Assembly (NCBI GenBank): GCA_029565735.1
Contig: JAKQNO010000138.1
Coordinates: 18,195-82,194 of the forward strand
From: a bacterium
GTDB lineage: Bacteria > Oederibacteriota > PGYV01
DNA: 64,000 nt
Direction of reading: 5' to 3'
Under the pieces are notes generated by a model. The model was not told where the DNA came from and did not search any database. It saw only the letters and a list, made by a program, of their open reading frames with translations. Position 1 is the stretch's first letter. Each line of letters begins with the position of its first letter. Shown piece after piece: positions 28,582 through 37,871 of the stretch. The translations under genes and the position numbers were made by a program.

Positions 28582-29844
28582 TTATTTCCTCTTTCTGCCA
28601 AGGGTGTTCATCCTTAGCAGGGTTATAGATATTAAAAGTATCAGGAAAAATACCGCGACACCGGAAGCATACCCTATATCCATATACAGGAATGCTTTTT
28701 TATAGATATAGGTCGCTATAACTTCGGAAGCGCCTTCAGGGCTTCCGTTTGTCATTATATAAACCTCCGCAAAGACCTGCATGCCGCTTATCATCTGTAT
28801 AAAAATAACGGTGATAATTACCGGGACCATTGAAGGAAGTATGATGCTTTTGACCTTTGTCCATATTCCCGCTCCAAGCAGCGACGCGTCTTCAAAAAGA
28901 ACTTTCGGGACATTCTGCAGGCCGGCAAGGTAAATAAGCATCGCCCAGCCCGTATTTTTCCAGACAAACACTATGGCAATTGACAACAAAACCAGATTCG
29001 GGTCAGTAAGCCATCCGATATGGACAGGCGCCCCAAACATTGACAGAAAAGAATTAATAAGGCCGTATCCCTGATTGTAAATCCATTTCCATAGTATCGC
29101 GGCAGGGACAGCCGGTGTTAAAAAAGGTATAAAATACAGAACTTTTACAATTCCGCTTCCCTTCTTCATTTCATAAACATAAATGGCAATAAGAAGCGGG
29201 AGCCAGGTTCCAAGCACGATAATTAAAAGCGTAAGTATGGCGGAATTTTTAAACGCCTGCCAGAACGCGGCGTCATTCATAATTTTAATAAAATTTGCCA
29301 TCCCCGCAAAAGCCGGGGAATTTATGGTTTCAAACGTGTTTAAACTTATTATAAATGTTTTTATTATCGGCATCCAGCTGAACAAAAGGAACAAAAGCAG
29401 CGCCGGCAGCAGCAGTTCAAATCCGAAAAATTTTCTTTTTATTCCAAGCAGTTTAAGCTTCCCTTTTTCTTCTTCTTTTATTTCCGGAAGCGGAAGCTGC
29501 GGGCGTTTGAATTTTCCGGGGGTTACAGCTTCCCCAAAACGCCTGTAACGGAAAGCTTTCTTTAATTTTTGAGACAGGGATAAGGAATCCGGTATCTTAA
29601 TTACGTTTTCGCCCGTGCCTTTTATCAAATCTCCCGCCGAAGACACTTTAAAAATATTTTTCGGTTCTTCCGCGGGTTTGGGTTTTCTTATTTTTACAAC
29701 TTCTTCCTGGACAGGAAGCTTGAACTTTATAATAGGCAGGACGGCTTCGTCGCTTTTATGGCTGGTTATTTCGTCGTGTATTATGCCTTTAATGGCCTCT
29801 TCTGACAGGTCGTTTCCGACCCTTCTGAAGATTTCGTCACTCAT
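28582..29844 (-). CDS. Carbohydrate ABC transporter permease (MalF/UgpA-like) with ~130-aa N-terminal cytoplasmic extension
   Basis: EAA motif FEDASLLGAGIWTKVKSIILP. Charged Lys/Glu/Pro-rich N-terminal region precedes the first TM helix. Confidence 0.75.
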   Translation of the reverse strand: MSDEIFRRVGNDLSEEAIKGIIHDEITSHKSDEAVLPIIKFKLPVQEEVVKIRKPKPAEEPKNIFKVSSAGDLIKGTGENVIKIPDSLSLSQKLKKAFRYRRFGEAVTPGKFKRPQLPLPEIKEEEKGKLKLLGIKRKFFGFELLLPALLLFLLFSWMPIIKTFIISLNTFETINSPAFAGMANFIKIMNDAAFWQAFKNSAILTLLIIVLGTWLPLLIAIYVYEMKKGSGIVKVLYFIPFLTPAVPAAILWKWIYNQGYGLINSFLSMFGAPVHIGWLTDPNLVLLSIAIVFVWKNTGWAMLIYLAGLQNVPKVLFEDASLLGAGIWTKVKSIILPSMVPVIITVIFIQMISGMQVFAEVYIMTNGSPEGASEVIATYIYKKAFLYMDIGYASGVAVFFLILLISITLLRMNTLGRKRK

Positions 29845-31081
29845 TGTATTCCGCCTTCATCTTTTTTTCAAAGTCGTATAAAATACCTTCAAAATCAACT
29901 TCCTTGTTTGTGAATATTTTTTCCAGCACAAACTTATTAAAATCTTCCTTTATCATCGGCCAGCGGTAAAGCGGCGGTTCAATGTGCGCGTATTCAAAAA
30001 GCCCTTTGATATTTGCGAACTCCGGCATATTTAAAAGGTTTGTAGCGCAGGAAAAATCCCCCGGAAATATTGGGATATTAAGATTTTTCATTTTTATGTA
30101 TTTCCCAAGCTGCGCCGAAGGCGACAGCACATACTGAATATATTTCCAGGCCATTTCTTTTTTTTCAGGGGCGATGGAATCATTCACTATAAAAGCTTCC
30201 CCGCCGGCATGCCACGCCTTAATGCCTTCCGGCCCCGCGGGAAGCGGCACTATTTCAACCTGTTTCATATCCAGCCCGTAACGCCTTGCCATTACCGGAA
30301 GCCTTTTGGCAACCGCCGGCATCATTGCGATTTTCCCGGTTGAAAAAAGCTGCTCCACATCCGATTCATACAATATATCCACAGGAGGGGTCGCCTTATA
30401 TTTCCATTTAAGAGCGTGCCAGAATTTAAGCGCGTTTACTGTTGCCGGCTCGTTCAAAACCATTTTTCCGCCGGTAAAAACAGTGCCTCCCGCCTGCCAG
30501 ATAAAATCTATAAAGTGGAACATGTCGGGCTGCAGCCCTATTCCGTAAACATCGCCCATTTTTGAATGTATAATGGCGCTGAATTCAACAATATCTTTCC
30601 AGTTTTCCGGAGCCCTGTTTATTCCGCATTTTTCAAATATGTCTTTCCTGTAAAACATAACAGTAAAAAAAGAATCGTAAGGGACTCCGTATATTTTCCC
30701 GTTTATGTCCACCGAATCCCACATTATTTCCGGCATGTAATCCTTTTGTATCCAGTTGGAAGTGAATGCGCTTAAATCCGCAAGAAAACCGTGTTTTGCC
30801 ATTACAGGGACAGCTGTTATGGGTATTCTTACGACATCAGGCCCTTTTCCGCTTGCCATAACGCTTACAAATTCCTGCGGTTTGTATTCCCTGCTGATGC
30901 CGCGCACTTCAACGCCCGGATTTGCGGTTTCAAACGCTTTTGTCTCTTCATCCCAGACTTTTTTCTGAAGGGTGTCCGCCTCTGTCGGCATATTCCATAC
31001 AACTATTTCTTCCGCGTATACGCAGGCAGAAACAGCCGTTATAGCCGCCATGAATATAATTAACTTTAAAAAGTTTTTCAT
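29837..31081 (-). CDS. ABC transporter extracellular solute-binding protein (sugar family 1)
   Basis: Signal peptide. ~410-aa SBP fold. Operon context with the two permeases. Confidence 0.8.
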   Translation of the reverse strand: MKNFLKLIIFMAAITAVSACVYAEEIVVWNMPTEADTLQKKVWDEETKAFETANPGVEVRGISREYKPQEFVSVMASGKGPDVVRIPITAVPVMAKHGFLADLSAFTSNWIQKDYMPEIMWDSVDINGKIYGVPYDSFFTVMFYRKDIFEKCGINRAPENWKDIVEFSAIIHSKMGDVYGIGLQPDMFHFIDFIWQAGGTVFTGGKMVLNEPATVNALKFWHALKWKYKATPPVDILYESDVEQLFSTGKIAMMPAVAKRLPVMARRYGLDMKQVEIVPLPAGPEGIKAWHAGGEAFIVNDSIAPEKKEMAWKYIQYVLSPSAQLGKYIKMKNLNIPIFPGDFSCATNLLNMPEFANIKGLFEYAHIEPPLYRWPMIKEDFNKFVLEKIFTNKEVDFEGILYDFEKKMKAEYNE

Positions 31082-31539
31082 TAAGCTCCTTCAAGTTTTA
31101 AAAATACTTTTTCAACCGCTTCTTCGGGCCCCGCGCATTTCATAATTCCCGGTATATCATATGTGTCTATGCCGGCAACCGGTTTTCCCGCCTTAAGGGC
31201 GAAAGCCAGTTCTGACAGCGTGCCTTCTTTTCCGTCTATTGCCACAAAAGCGTCCGCGGTGTTTACAATCACCACGTTGCGCGCCTCTCCCATACCGGTT
31301 GCAACCGGTATATCCACGTATTTATTCGCTGTTTTTCCGTTTTTTGAAGGCAGTATTCCTATTGTAATACCGCCGCCTTTTTTTGCGCCCCTGCACGAAG
31401 CTTCCATTACTCCCGAAAGCCCGCCGCAGACAAGAACCGCGCCGCGCCGCGCTATTTCATTTCCCGCCTTATACGCCGCTTCAATGTGTTTTTTTGCGGC
31501 GTTATTGCCGCCGATGACGGCAATTATCTTTCTTTTCAA
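31081..31539 (-). CDS. TIGR00725/SLOG-family Rossmann-fold protein (LOG/DprA-like)
   Basis: IAVIGGNNA...VLVCGGLSGVMEASCRGAKKGGGITIGILP pattern of the TIGR00725 family. Confidence 0.55.
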   Translation of the reverse strand: MKRKIIAVIGGNNAAKKHIEAAYKAGNEIARRGAVLVCGGLSGVMEASCRGAKKGGGITIGILPSKNGKTANKYVDIPVATGMGEARNVVIVNTADAFVAIDGKEGTLSELAFALKAGKPVAGIDTYDIPGIMKCAGPEEAVEKVFLKLEGA

Positions 31540-32258
31540 AGTTTAATTTCTTTCATTTTTTCAGAGGCAACAGAAGCCCAAAAAGTGCCTTTCATTTCTT
31601 CGGTTATTTTTTTATAAATATCAATAGCTTTCTGTTTGTCATTAAGTTTTACGTAACAGTCGGCAAGTTTTAATTTCACATCATTGGCATTTGGGCCCGA
31701 TTCAAAAATCTTTGTATCCTGCCAGACGTTTACAGCTTCCTGATAATTGCCTGACTGATAAAGCGCGTAGCCCTTGCCGCTTAAAGCTTCCGGATAAAGC
31801 GGGCTTGACTTGTACTTGTCAATAAATGTCCCGTAGTATTCCAGCGCTTCCTTATACATCCCGTTATTATAGTACGCGTTTGCCGCGCCAAGATAAGCGG
31901 CAGGAGCCTGGTTTGTGCCCCTGTATTTGCTTATGACTTCCAGATAAGTCTGAATTGCTTTTTCATACTTTTCGTTTTTTGACCTGAAGAACCCGTACAT
32001 TGTCATGTTGGAATCTTCCACAACCGGCCTGTTAATGTAAAAATTCGCCTCGGAGATAAGCCTTTCAGCCTTAACTTCGTTTGTCTTTCTGAAATTTATT
32101 ATAACCGGAATTGCCACCACAATAATAACGGCAATTACCGCTGTAATAATGACATTTTCCGTGTTCTTGGAAGCAAACTTCCCTATTGACGAAACCAGTT
32201 CCGCGAATTCATTCCTTTTAATGATTTTTTTTGCGTCTTTGTGCTTAATCTTGTCCAT
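31536..32258 (-). CDS. Membrane-anchored TPR-repeat protein
   Basis: Single N-terminal TM helix followed by 4-5 TPR-like helical repeats. Confidence 0.55.
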   Translation of the reverse strand: MDKIKHKDAKKIIKRNEFAELVSSIGKFASKNTENVIITAVIAVIIVVAIPVIINFRKTNEVKAERLISEANFYINRPVVEDSNMTMYGFFRSKNEKYEKAIQTYLEVISKYRGTNQAPAAYLGAANAYYNNGMYKEALEYYGTFIDKYKSSPLYPEALSGKGYALYQSGNYQEAVNVWQDTKIFESGPNANDVKLKLADCYVKLNDKQKAIDIYKKITEEMKGTFWASVASEKMKEIKL

Positions 32259-32291
32259 CCATTTCCTCCGTAATCATTTGTGTGTTTTGAT

Positions 32292-32879
32292 TTATTTTAA
32301 AAATATAGTTACGCCCAGGTCTATTGTCAGGAAAGTATTAAGGTCGCCCGTTCCGCCCGCAAGCGATACGTGATTATAAAGGGCTTCCAGATTGGCCGCG
32401 AACATCTTTGTTATTGGATAATTCGCGCCAACCCCAAAAATAAGGCCAAAAGATGTCTCTGATGTCATTTCCACCGTGGTCATATCTTTCTGTTTGGCGT
32501 ATTTCATTATGTACATGCCAACGCCGGCTTTAAGATACGGCCATACGAAAAAATCAGGCAGATAAGGAGCCCATGCCAGTTCCGCGTCCACCACTGAAGC
32601 GGAAAAATTATCAGGCGCTGTCTCCGCTTTGTAAGGGACTGAAATAAAACTGAAACCGCCTCCCGCGGAAAATTCCATGTCAAAACCTTTTCTGGCGGAA
32701 ATGCCAAAATTATACCCGGGAGTCACATGGTTCGCGAACTCGCCTATCGGATAAGAAACGCCGCCTTTTACGTTTGCAATCCAGTAATCAACATTATAAA
32801 CTTTCGGCGGCCTTGTTAAAGCCGCTGCCGCAAATACCGCGGGCAGCATAAATAAAATAACAAACAGCAACCTTTTCAT
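32292..32879 (-). CDS. Outer-membrane beta-barrel protein (OmpA/OmpW-like barrel)
   Basis: Signal peptide and alternating beta-strand pattern. Confidence 0.4.
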   Translation of the reverse strand: MKRLLFVILFMLPAVFAAAALTRPPKVYNVDYWIANVKGGVSYPIGEFANHVTPGYNFGISARKGFDMEFSAGGGFSFISVPYKAETAPDNFSASVVDAELAWAPYLPDFFVWPYLKAGVGMYIMKYAKQKDMTTVEMTSETSFGLIFGVGANYPITKMFAANLEALYNHVSLAGGTGDLNTFLTIDLGVTIFLK

Positions 32880-32904
32880 TCAAACCCTCCATAAAACACC
32901 CGTT

Positions 32905-33564
32905 TTAAATTTTAAAGCCTTTGCTTATTAACAGCGTTTCTGAATTGCGTATCACCTGCAGAATCTGGCCTTTATTTAATCCGGCTTCCGCCAGCACGCT
33001 TTCCCTTTTTTTCGCGTCCGCCAAATCAGACGGCGCGTGGCCGTCCGTATCAAAAACAAGTTTCGCCCCTGCTTTTAAAGCCGCCTGAGCCACGTGTTTA
33101 TTTGTAATATTATGCCCGTTTCTGGCTGTTATTTCAAGGTAAACATTATTCTTTGCCGCAAGAGCAGCGTCTTCATCCGTAATATTGCCGGGATGCGCAA
33201 GAATGTCCACTTTTGCATCTATGGCTGCCCTGTTTGAACCGGGTTCAACCGGCTCGGTTACAGTTTCGCCGTGAAATACAACTATCTTTGCGCCAAGAGA
33301 CCTTGCCTTTTTTACAAGGCCTGAAACTAAAACAGGCGGAATATGTGTCAGCTCCACTCCGGGAAGGCATATTATGTCTTTATATGCTTTGCCCATATCG
33401 CGGCAAACCTTTGTCAGGTTTTTAACAACAAATTCAATATTGGAAATATCGGCGTGATCTGCAATGCCTATGGCGCGGTACCCCATTTTTCTGGCGCGCT
33501 GAATAAGTTCTGACGGCAGCAAGACTCCGTCAGAAAAAAATGTGTGCGTGTGAAGGTCTATCAT
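32905..33564 (-). CDS. PHP-family metal-dependent phosphoesterase
   Basis: MIDLHTHTFFSDG motif and further conserved His/Asp ligands. Confidence 0.7.
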   Translation of the reverse strand: MIDLHTHTFFSDGVLLPSELIQRARKMGYRAIGIADHADISNIEFVVKNLTKVCRDMGKAYKDIICLPGVELTHIPPVLVSGLVKKARSLGAKIVVFHGETVTEPVEPGSNRAAIDAKVDILAHPGNITDEDAALAAKNNVYLEITARNGHNITNKHVAQAALKAGAKLVFDTDGHAPSDLADAKKRESVLAEAGLNKGQILQVIRNSETLLISKGFKI

Positions 33565-33594
33565 ATGTACACCCCTTATTGATTGATTTAATCA

Positions 33595-33638
33595 GAAACC
33601 TGCATTATATTTTTTAATGGTGGGCCCGAGACGAATCG
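33595..33638. repeat. 44-bp perfect direct repeat, copy 1 (duplicate of the tRNA-Arg 3' end plus 3' flank)
   Basis: gaaacctgcattatattttttaatggtgggcccgagacgaatcg is identical to 33767..33810. It contains the last 21 nt of the tRNA including CCA. Confidence 0.7.
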
Positions 33639-33766
33639 GTCACATAGCAAAACGCTTCCTGCGTTTTGCACCGCGACCTACCCTCCGGGCACTATAGCCC
33701 GCGCTCGCTTCCGCTAATTCGCTTTTCCTCGCTATTCGCTCGGCGCTCGCTTGTTTCGATTCGTCC

Positions 33767-33810
33767 GAAACCTGCATTATATTTTTTAATGGTGGGCCCG
33801 AGACGAATCG
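33767..33810. repeat. 44-bp perfect direct repeat, copy 2 (genuine tRNA-Arg 3' end plus flank)
   Basis: Identical to 33595..33638 and overlaps the tRNA-Arg gene 3' end. Confidence 0.7.
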
Positions 33811-33865
33811 AACGTCCGGCCAAAAGTTTAGGAAACTTCTGCTCTATCCACTGAGCTACGGGCCC
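33790..33865 (-). tRNA. tRNA-Arg (anticodon CCU), CCA encoded
   Basis: GGGCCCGUAGCUCAGUGGAUAGAGCAGAAGUUUCCUAAACUUUUGGCCGGACGUUCGAUUCGUCUCGGGCCCACCA folds as a canonical cloverleaf: 7-bp acceptor stem, anticodon loop UUCCUAA and T-loop UUCGAUU. Confidence 0.85.
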
Positions 33866-33936
33866 ACAATAAATCAAAAAATACCTGTATATTATATAGA
33901 AAAATGGTTTTAATGCAAGAAATTTGTTGCCGTTTT

Positions 33937-34869
33937 TTATTCCATCATTGTATTTTTCATAATTTTAGACCTTAAAACAGAAGCCAGAATAGCTATAGTA
34001 AGCACTGATACAATTACAAGAAGCGAAACTCCCGTTGGTATCTTAAAATAATGCGCGATAAGCATTTTCACGCCCACAAATGCCAGAATTACAGATAATG
34101 CGTATTTCAAATAGTGGAACAGCTTCATTACCCCTGCAATTGCAAAATACAAAGCCCTTAATCCCATAATGGCAAAAATATTGGATGTATACACAATAAA
34201 AGGGTCGGTGGTAATGGCAAATATGGCAGGTATGGAATCAACGGCAAAAACAAGGTCGACAAAACTTATGGTCACAAGCACAACAAAAAGCTGTGTCAGG
34301 TGGCGCTTGCCGTTTTCTTTTTCAATAAAGTTGTGATTCTTATATTCCATCTTCATGGGCATTATTTTTGAAAAGAGTTTTACCACCAGATTCTTTGAAG
34401 GGTCATATTCTTCGTTTTTCTCGGCCACCATTTTTATCGCTATATATATAAGGAAAGCGCCGAAAATATACATAATCCATTCAAATTCCGTGACAAGCTT
34501 AATTCCGGCAAGTATAAACGCGGCCCTTAAAATCATAGCCACAAGAATGCCGTAAAAAAGCACCCTGTGCTGATAAACAGCAGGAACACGGAAATAGCTG
34601 AATATGACAATAAAAACAAAAAGGTTGTCCACGCTTAATGATTTTTCTATAAGGTAACCCGTAAGGTAATCCAGCGCCTGCTGCCTTCCGTCGGTTAACA
34701 GAATAAAAACGTTAAAAAGCAGCGCCAGCGTTATCCATACCGCGGTCCAGATAAGGGACTCTTTTATTGATACTTCATGGTCACGTTTATGAAATACAAG
34801 CATATCAACCATGATAAGGACAATAACCAGTGCGTTAAAACCTATCCACCAAAGCGCGTTGTGTTCCAT
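33937..34869 (-). CDS. TerC-family integral membrane protein
   Basis: Multi-TM protein with TerC signature region YLTGYLIEKSLSVDNLFVF. Start moved to MEHNAL, which has an AGGAG SD at 8 nt. Confidence 0.8.
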   Translation of the reverse strand: MEHNALWWIGFNALVIVLIMVDMLVFHKRDHEVSIKESLIWTAVWITLALLFNVFILLTDGRQQALDYLTGYLIEKSLSVDNLFVFIVIFSYFRVPAVYQHRVLFYGILVAMILRAAFILAGIKLVTEFEWIMYIFGAFLIYIAIKMVAEKNEEYDPSKNLVVKLFSKIMPMKMEYKNHNFIEKENGKRHLTQLFVVLVTISFVDLVFAVDSIPAIFAITTDPFIVYTSNIFAIMGLRALYFAIAGVMKLFHYLKYALSVILAFVGVKMLIAHYFKIPTGVSLLVIVSVLTIAILASVLRSKIMKNTMME

Positions 34870-35011
34870 GCATTTGCTCCTTAACAAGTTTAATATAATT
34901 TACCTATTATATACTATCAGTATTTTTATGGCAACAAGATACACAGATACACCATTAAGCGGTAAAAAAAAGCGTTAGAACCGGTTATACAAACCTGTTT
35001 TCATTCAGTTA

Positions 35012-35467
35012 TCACTTATCTTTGTATTCTTTTATTATACTTTCGGTTAATTTCACGGCAAGTTTCACCAGGTCAAAACAGCGGGTGCGGTAAACCCCTT
35101 TTTCCCTGAGATATGCATCTTCTTCAGGTATACTTAAATCCCTTCCCAGCAGTTCCCTGCAGATAACAGTTTTTTCCGCGGCTTTGAATTCTTTAACAAA
35201 CTTATCAGCCAGCATTATTCCATGCGCTTTCATGGCGGCATCAGATTCAAACTTATTTCCTATAAGAAAAGCCCCTAAGGCCATAATAGCCCCGGAAACA
35301 GCGCCACATGTTTCCGCGTTTCTGCCTATACCGGCGCCAAAACCCGAAGCAAGAGCAATTTTCATTTCCCTGTTTATTTTTTCATCCGGAACACAGGCGG
35401 TAAATACCGACTGCGAGCAGTTATATCCGTTTTTAAACATATCCACGGCTTTTTCTTCATTTGTCAT
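35012..35467 (-). CDS. C_GCAxxG_C_C family putative redox-active protein
   Basis: Spacing of GYNCSQ...CGAVSGA...C...C matches the C-GCAxxG-C-C family. Confidence 0.6.
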   Translation of the reverse strand: MTNEEKAVDMFKNGYNCSQSVFTACVPDEKINREMKIALASGFGAGIGRNAETCGAVSGAIMALGAFLIGNKFESDAAMKAHGIMLADKFVKEFKAAEKTVICRELLGRDLSIPEEDAYLREKGVYRTRCFDLVKLAVKLTESIIKEYKDK

Positions 35468-35551
35468 TTTACGCCTTCCTGTTATTTATTAAACACATAC
35501 GATAAACTATATTACACGCCTGTTTTTTTGTCAAACCGTTATTGTTTTTTC

Positions 35552-35592
35552 TTGACATTACGGATAATAGTTAGTATACTAACTAAAACATT
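35552..35592 (+). promoter_or_regulatory. Promoter TTGACA-N17-TATACT with perfect 12-nt palindrome TTAGTATACTAA over the -10 (MarR operator candidate)
   Basis: cTTGACAttacggataatagttagTATACTaactaa, ending 25 nt upstream of the marR ATG, which has a GGAG SD. Confidence 0.45.
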
Positions 35593-35606
35593 CAAGGAGC
35601 GCGTTT

Positions 35607-36014
35607 ATGAAAGATACGATAACGCTTTTAAAAAAGGCATCAAAAGCCGTAAAATGCGGATTGGATGCAAAACTCAGGCAATCCGGCCTTACAAGGGCGC
35701 AATGGGATGTAATAAGGCAGATATCACTTGGCGCGGAAAAAGCCAAAGACATCTCGTCAGCCCTTAATTCTGACAAGCCGACAATTTCCGGCATTATAAA
35801 ACGCCTGAAATCCGGCGGATGGATAACATTTGAGGAGAGCCCAAAAGACAGAAGGATTAAACGCCTTTCCCTTTCCCCCAAAGCCCGTTTAATAATAAAA
35901 GCAGGGACAAAATGCGGAAACACGGTTAAAACCAGAGCGTTAAAAGGCATTGGCAGGCGCGAACAAAACCTTTTGAATAAATACCTGGAATTAATGATTA
36001 AAAACCTTAAATAA
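35607..36014 (+). CDS. MarR family transcriptional regulator
   Basis: wHTH LTRAQWDVIRQISLGAEKAKDISSALNSDKPTISGIIKRLKSGGWI. Confidence 0.75.
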   Translation: MKDTITLLKKASKAVKCGLDAKLRQSGLTRAQWDVIRQISLGAEKAKDISSALNSDKPTISGIIKRLKSGGWITFEESPKDRRIKRLSLSPKARLIIKAGTKCGNTVKTRALKGIGRREQNLLNKYLELMIKNLK

Positions 36015-36066
36015 TTGTTTTTATTATTAATTGTTTAAGATATAATTTAATGGCCAAGGAGGAACA

Positions 36067-36801
36067 ATGGAACACACAGCGGAAATTACATTAATTACAG
36101 CTTTTGTTGCGGGGATTATTTCATTTTTATCGCCGTGCGTCCTTCCTTTAATACCCGGTTATATTTCTTTTATTTCCGGCTCTTCTTTAAAGGAAATGAT
36201 GGAACGTGAAAACCTTAAAAAAATAAAACACGACGTAATATGGAACTCTTTTGCTTTTGTCGCGGGGTTTTCCGCCATTTTCATATCACTGGGGGCTTCC
36301 GCGACTTTTATCGGCAGGTTTCTGCTTCAGCACCTGAATACCTTTTCCATGGTTGCCGGAATAGTTGTCATTATACTGGGGCTTCATATGACCGGAATTT
36401 TCAGGATAAAAGCGCTTTATCACGAAAAAAGAATTCATCATTCCAAAGAACCCATGAATCTTTTTGAATCATTCCTTCTTGGGCTTGCTTTCGCCTTTGG
36501 GTGGACGCCATGCATAGGCCCTATTTTAGCCGGAATACTTGCAATAGCAGCCACCGGAGATTCAGTGGGTTACGGGATACTGCTTCTTGCATCCTATTCT
36601 CTTGGCCTTGGCATACCTTTTATGCTTACGGCTTACAGCCTTACGTTTTTCTTTAAATGGTTTACAAAAATGAAAAAACACATGAACAAAATAGAAATTA
36701 TCGCGGGCATACTTCTTATAATAATAGGCGTACTTATGATGACCGGCGGGCTTACAAAAATAGCGGGAATGCTGAGCATGTTTGACGGCTTCTCTAAATA
36801 A
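36067..36801 (+). CDS. ccdA: Cytochrome c-type biogenesis / thiol-disulfide transporter CcdA (DsbD-beta domain)
   Basis: Two conserved Cys in TM helices (LSPCVLPLIPGY, GWTPCIGPILAGIL). Confidence 0.8.
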   Translation: MEHTAEITLITAFVAGIISFLSPCVLPLIPGYISFISGSSLKEMMERENLKKIKHDVIWNSFAFVAGFSAIFISLGASATFIGRFLLQHLNTFSMVAGIVVIILGLHMTGIFRIKALYHEKRIHHSKEPMNLFESFLLGLAFAFGWTPCIGPILAGILAIAATGDSVGYGILLLASYSLGLGIPFMLTAYSLTFFFKWFTKMKKHMNKIEIIAGILLIIIGVLMMTGGLTKIAGMLSMFDGFSK

Positions 36802-36813
36802 CAGGAGGGTTTA

Positions 36814-37332
36814 ATGAAAAAGTTATTGTTTTTATCTTTAGCTTTATTGCTGGTTTTTTCACTTGTAAGCTGCGGTTCTTCCAAGGCTCCAAAAGTCAGC
36901 AAAGAAAACGGAAATTCAGTGGCAAAGGCCTACCCTGCACCGGATTTTACGCTTACGGGAATTGACGGGCAGAACATTCAGCTTTCTTCTTTTAAAGGCA
37001 AAGTTGTAATCCTTGACTTCTGGGCAACGTGGTGCCCTCCGTGCAAGGCGGAAATCCCTTTCTTTATTGAACTGCAGTCACAGTACGGCAAAGACGGCCT
37101 TGCCATAATAGGCGCGGCGCTTGATGACACGGAAAAAGTAAAAACATTCGCCAAAGATTACGGCATTAATTATCCCGTGGCGCTTGCAAACAGGGATACA
37201 GCCACAACATACGGCGGAATACGCGGCATTCCCACAACCTTTGTTATTGATAAAAAAGGAAATGTGGTAAGGCAGTACGTGGGTTACAGGCCGAAAGAAG
37301 TCTTTGAAGCAGATTTTAAAGCGCTTAAATAA
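36814..37332 (+). CDS. TlpA/ResA-like thiol:disulfide oxidoreductase (thioredoxin fold), lipoprotein
   Basis: Lipobox SLVSC. Active site WATWCPPCKAE. Confidence 0.75.
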   Translation: MKKLLFLSLALLLVFSLVSCGSSKAPKVSKENGNSVAKAYPAPDFTLTGIDGQNIQLSSFKGKVVILDFWATWCPPCKAEIPFFIELQSQYGKDGLAIIGAALDDTEKVKTFAKDYGINYPVALANRDTATTYGGIRGIPTTFVIDKKGNVVRQYVGYRPKEVFEADFKALK

Positions 37333-37822
37333 AATGAAAGTATTGCCGATTATACTCTGTTTTGCGGTATCCGCGGCTGTTTCAACCGGCTGCGGCACCG
37401 CGGGCAAAGTAAGGCCTGATTCTTTTTCCGACAGGGTAAATGTAAAAACCCTTGAAGGGCCATTAAAGAAAATGTCGGATTTCAAAGGCAAAGTCGTATT
37501 TTTTACTGTATGGACCACCTGGTGCGGCCACTGCACAGCCGAACTGGAAAAACTTATGGAAACTTATAACAAGTATAAAGACAGAGACTTTATAATTGTT
37601 GCCGCCTCTGATGATGACCCGGAAAAAGTTAAAGAATTTATTAAAAGCAAAAATTATCCTTACTATTTCTGCCTTGCCGACAGGGATTCGCTTGGAAAAT
37701 CCGGTTATCAGGTTATTGCCTACCCCACGCTGTACATAATTGACAAAGAAGGCCGCGCCGCCGCGTGCATGGTAGGCGCTTTACCCGACGACACTTTTAC
37801 GGACTACCTTCTGGATCGCTGA
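37304..37822 (+). CDS. Second TlpA-like thioredoxin-fold protein
   Basis: Signal peptide. Active site WTTWCGHCTAE. Confidence 0.7.
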   Translation: MKQILKRLNKMKVLPIILCFAVSAAVSTGCGTAGKVRPDSFSDRVNVKTLEGPLKKMSDFKGKVVFFTVWTTWCGHCTAELEKLMETYNKYKDRDFIIVAASDDDPEKVKEFIKSKNYPYYFCLADRDSLGKSGYQVIAYPTLYIIDKEGRAAACMVGALPDDTFTDYLLDR

Positions 37823-37871
37823 TACTTGCCTTTGCCTCCCCCTTCTGCTATATAATGAAGGGGGTAACAAA

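Noticed and set aside
33666-33877. ORFs 33666..33854 (+) and 33692..33877 (-) from the six-frame track
   Set aside because: They overlap the tRNA-Arg gene and the repeat-bounded GC-rich insert. They are frame artefacts of the GC-rich sequence.
34870-35011. Possible yybP-ykoY (Mn2+) riboswitch in the leader of the TerC-family gene
   Set aside because: A TATATA/TATAAT promoter lies only ~40 nt upstream of the AGGAG SD, which leaves no room for a ~100-nt aptamer. The region is AT-rich and lacks the conserved G-rich riboswitch cores.
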